From contig CAXXMR010000035.1 of assembly GCA_963663805.2 (NCBI GenBank), forward strand, positions 1-21,312: a DNA stretch of 21,312 bases, written 5' to 3'. This DNA is from Sedimentisphaerales bacterium. GTDB lineage: Bacteria; Planctomycetota; Phycisphaerae; Sedimentisphaerales; SM23-30. The notes beneath the pieces were generated by a model, which searched no databases, was not told where the DNA came from, and was given only the letters and a program-made list of their open reading frames with translations. Positions within the stretch are counted from its first letter, which is position 1; every line of letters starts with the position of its first letter. The translations under genes and the position numbers were made by a program. Below are positions 18,198 through 21,312 of this stretch, one piece after another.

Positions 18198-18431
18198 CTT
18201 GAGGCGGATGATCTCCAGAAAACCAAGACAAAGTGTACAATTGTTGGCACACCCAAAATGGTCGCGTGAAAAAATGAAACAAAATGACGCAAAAATGTTA
18301 GCGTGGCATAAGGCATTTTATAAGTAGTTATAAAACGTAGAGCGCAGGCTTTTTTCGCACCCTCCGGGGTCCCGAGTTGGACACATCGCTGTTAAGCGTT
18401 TTAGAATTTCCGAAAATCGAATGGTACGGGG

Positions 18432-18668
18432 AGCGAATTCAACATTAGCGGTTTTAGCAACAAACAGATTAGAAATTATTTCACTAAGAAAACCACCAAC
18501 CAAACCTCTCGTATGCTCAAACGCCTGCGAACACACGGTCTGATAAAAAAAAAACGGCCGAACATATATTACCTGACCAAACTCGGACGGCGAGTCATCA
18601 CCACAGCCCTTAAAGCCAGAGAAATGTTCATAATCCCTGCACTCAGAGGAGCTTTGAATAATTGCTGA
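18432..18668 (+). pseudogene. C-terminal winged-HTH fragment of a mobile-element-associated protein (family often labelled 'MarR family')
   Basis: Manual translation, no start codon: SEFNISGFSNKQIRNYF..TSRMLKRLRTHGLIKK..YYLTKLGRRVITTALKAREMFIIPAL..*; followed by perfect palindrome ATTTTGCGCAAAAT (18682-18695). Confidence 0.6.
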
Positions 18669-18840
18669 AGATTTCATTGCCATTTTGCGCAAAATTTCAT
18701 TTGTGGTGATTAGCATTGAAAATGGAGCCAGATTTGCGGGTTTTCTCTTCTGAAAAAGCATCGAAAAAGGAGCCACTGTAAAAGGCCGATAAGATGTGTT
18801 TTAAGATACGTAACATTTTAGACACAGGAGGCTTAGAAAG

Positions 18841-20330
18841 GTGCTTACAGTGGAGCATTATGAGATTATCAGACGTAAAGTTCGTGATGGGATATCGCAA
18901 CGTGAGGTTGCCCTGGAGCTGGGGCATTCGCGTAACACGGTGGCCAAGGCCCTGAAAAATCCGATTCCGCCGGGCTATCGGCTCAGTCAGCCGCGGGTCA
19001 AGGCTGTCATGGATCCCTTCGCGCACATTATTGACACCTGGCTGGAATCTGACAAAAAGGTTCGGCGTAAGCAGCGGATGCAGGCGACCAAAATGTATCA
19101 GCGGCTTTCGTGACGAGTATGGTTTCACCGGCCATTACAGCACTGTCCAGCGGTATATCAAGGAGGCGAGTAATCGCCAAAAAGAAGCTTACCTGCCGTT
19201 AGCGTTTGAGTTTGGCGAAGAAGCCCAGGTTGACTGGCATGAAGCTAACATTAAAGAAAACGGCAGGGAGAAGAAGGTCTACGTTTTTTGCATGAAGCTG
19301 TGCTGTTCTAAGGCTCCTTTTGTTTGTGCTTACGAGAGCATGAAGATCGAATGTTTTCTTGACGGCCATGTCCGGGCGTTTGAATATTTCGGCGGCGTGC
19401 CCAAACGCATTGCTTACGACAATTTAAAAACTGCGGTTCTAAAGGTTCTCAAAAAAGGCAAGCGTCGGCTCAACCGCAAATTCGTAGAGCTTAAGAGTTG
19501 GTATTTGTTTGACACTCGTTTTTGCAATGTCGCTAAAGGTAATGAAAAAGGCGATGTCGAGAATCTCGCAAAGCGAAGTGAAAGGCAGTTCTTCTCTCCG
19601 GTTCCGAGAGTTACCGATATGGCTCAGCTGAATGAGATGCTGATTGCTCAGTGTATCAAAGAACTGGATCGCCAGGGCCCTGCACCTCATACGAATAAAA
19701 CCATTGGCGATTTATTTGCGGAAGAGAAAACACATTTATACGAACTGCCTGAGCAGAAGTTTGAAGCCTGTCGTCGAATATCCACCTTTGCGGACAAACA
19801 GCTTACAGTACGGGTTGATACTAACCGGTATTCGGTGCCGACGGAGTATGCCTATCAATCTTGCCAGGTCAAGGTATTCGTTGACCGGGTTGACCTGTTC
19901 TATAAAAATGAGCTGGTTGCCTCGCATTCCAGATGTTACGATAAAGACCAGTATATCCTGGATCCGCTGCATTATATCAAACTTTTAGAGCGTAAGCCCG
20001 GTTCGCTGGATAATGCTCGGCCATTCAAGGGCCAGCCCTGGGGCGAAGATTTCACCTTGATGCGAACAGAGCTTGAATATCGATACGGCAGTGAAGGGCC
20101 CGGTAAATACATCAACATCCTGCTGCTCTTTATCAGGCATCCGCAAAAAGAAGTTGAACATGCCGTTGGTGTTTGTGTCAAGTTGCCGGGCGTTCAGCGA
20201 TGAAGCGGTGGAAAGCTTTTTACGTAACGGCTCACAATTGAACCTTGCCGGCAATCAAGTCCTGGTAAACCAAGGCGATGGCAAACGCAATCTCGATGTT
20301 TATAACCAGTTGGCCGGGGAGGTAGCATGA
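18841..20330 (+). pseudogene. istA: IS21 transposase IstA (apparent frameshifts near 19107 and 20183)
   Basis: GGAGG RBS + GTG; HTH SQREVALELGHSRNTVAK; GEEAQVDW, FGGVPKRIAYDNLK, KGNEKGDVEN, VDTNRYSVP; spread over three ORFs. Confidence 0.9.
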
Positions 20331-21090
20331 AAGATCCAATGGTTTTATTAAAAAGCTATCTCAAGACCCTGAAGCTTCCGACAATTCAAAAAGAGTATCA
20401 GACAATTGCCCGGGCATCCGCCAGGCAAACGAATCCTATGAAAGTTACCTGCAAAGACTGGCCGAAATCGAAGTCTTTCATCGACAGTCGCAGGCCATCG
20501 CCAGGAGATTGAAACAGGCAAACTTCCCCATGACTAAGGAACTTGAAAGTTTTGATTTTATGGCCGTGCCGCAGATAAATAAAAAACAGATTATCGACCT
20601 TTCGATGTGCGGCTTTATCGACCGCCGCAGTAATATCGTCTTTACCGGCCCGCCGGGCGTGGGTAAAAGTCATCTGGCCATCGCCCTCGGCCGGGAAGCC
20701 TGCCGACGAGGTTATAAAGTGCGGTTTTTTACCGCTGCTGAACTGGTTAATACGTATCTCGAAGCCCGACAGGAAAGAGCGGTGTTGAAATTAGAGAGCT
20801 ATATAAAAAAATGCGACCTGATCATCATCGATGAACTGGGCTATGTCCCGTTCGACCGTATCGGAGCGGAACATCTGTTCGGCTTTTTCAGCCAGTGCTA
20901 TGAACAAACCAGCCTGATCGTAACAACGAATCTGCCATTCGCCGATTGGCCCCAGGTCTTTGGCGATGATGAAAGATTAGCCGGTGCTCTGCTGGACCGA
21001 CTGACCCACCATGTGAGCGTGGTCGAAATCATAACCGACAGCTGGCGACTTAACCAGAGTTTAGAGAAAAAACGGAAAAAAGAAGGCTAA
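20327..21090 (+). pseudogene. istB: IS21 helper ATPase IstB (apparent frameshift near 20420)
   Basis: ATGA overlap with istA; LKTLKLP; Walker A GPPGVGKS; Walker B IIIDELGY; TTNLPFADW; LLDRLTHH. Confidence 0.92.
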
Positions 21091-21231
21091 GAAAGCCTCA
21101 ATCCAACGAAAAAGGGACCAGAATCCCTATTGACAACGCCGAAATCGGCGTTATTTTACTAACCTAAGTGGCTCAGATTTCGATGCAAATCTGGCTCCAT
21201 TTTCAATACTAATCACCACATTTGTAAGAGA

Positions 21232-21312
21232 CTAAAACAACGCGGCCTAAACCCGGTTGCTACCGTCAAAAAAGCCCTGCAAACCTACATCAAAACCGGA
21301 AAACTGCCAAAA
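21232..21312 (+). mobile_element. 3' fragment of a second, diverged copy of the IS66 element, running off the window
   Basis: Matches 13067-13147 with a few substitutions (LKQRGLNPVATVKKALQTYIKTGKLPK). Confidence 0.85.

Larger units (their letters stand above)
18702..21220 (+). mobile_element. IS21-family element, 2519 bp
   Basis: TG...CA ends; IRs TGTGGTGATTAG(C/T)ATTGAAAATGGAGCCAGATTTGC (35/36); subterminal repeats GCATCGAAA..GAGCCACT at both ends; istA-istB inside. No TSD evident. Confidence 0.95.

Noticed and set aside
18316..18335. Inverted repeat TTTTATAA-GTAG-TTATAAAA as a recombination site
   Set aside because: AT-only arms, no recombinase nearby; chance occurrence plausible.
18318..18776. 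152-aa minus-strand ORF
   Set aside because: Crosses the IS21 left end and is antisense to the wHTH remnant.
1..21312. CRISPR array, tRNA or rRNA genes
   Set aside because: No regularly spaced repeats or recognisable structural RNA signatures found by eye.

Overview
Bacterial window whose gene content points to a Planctomycetota (Phycisphaerae/Sedimentisphaerales-like) host; this is inferred from the prepilin/DUF1559-type gene, the dockerin-like C-terminal tail and the Tat sulfatase. Left half (1-10.2 kb): a broken ThiF/MoeB gene, an FmdE-family gene, and a glycan-utilisation locus. That locus is an AraC regulator divergent from a GH4 alpha-galactosidase > prepilin-type protein > large secreted beta-helix protein operon, then a terminator, a sulfatase and an Asp-box protein. 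Right half (10.2-21.3 kb): a nested mobile-element zone. It holds an integrase-core (DDE) transposase split by a complete 1590-bp single-ORF IS66 (24-bp IRs, 8-bp TSD), a second truncated copy of that integrase element, and between them an intact GT4-fusion/GH130 pair plus glycogen phosphorylase and FN3-like fragments. Further right are a wHTH remnant, a complete IS21 and a second IS66 fragment. Most frameshifts sit in homopolymers and may be sequencing errors.
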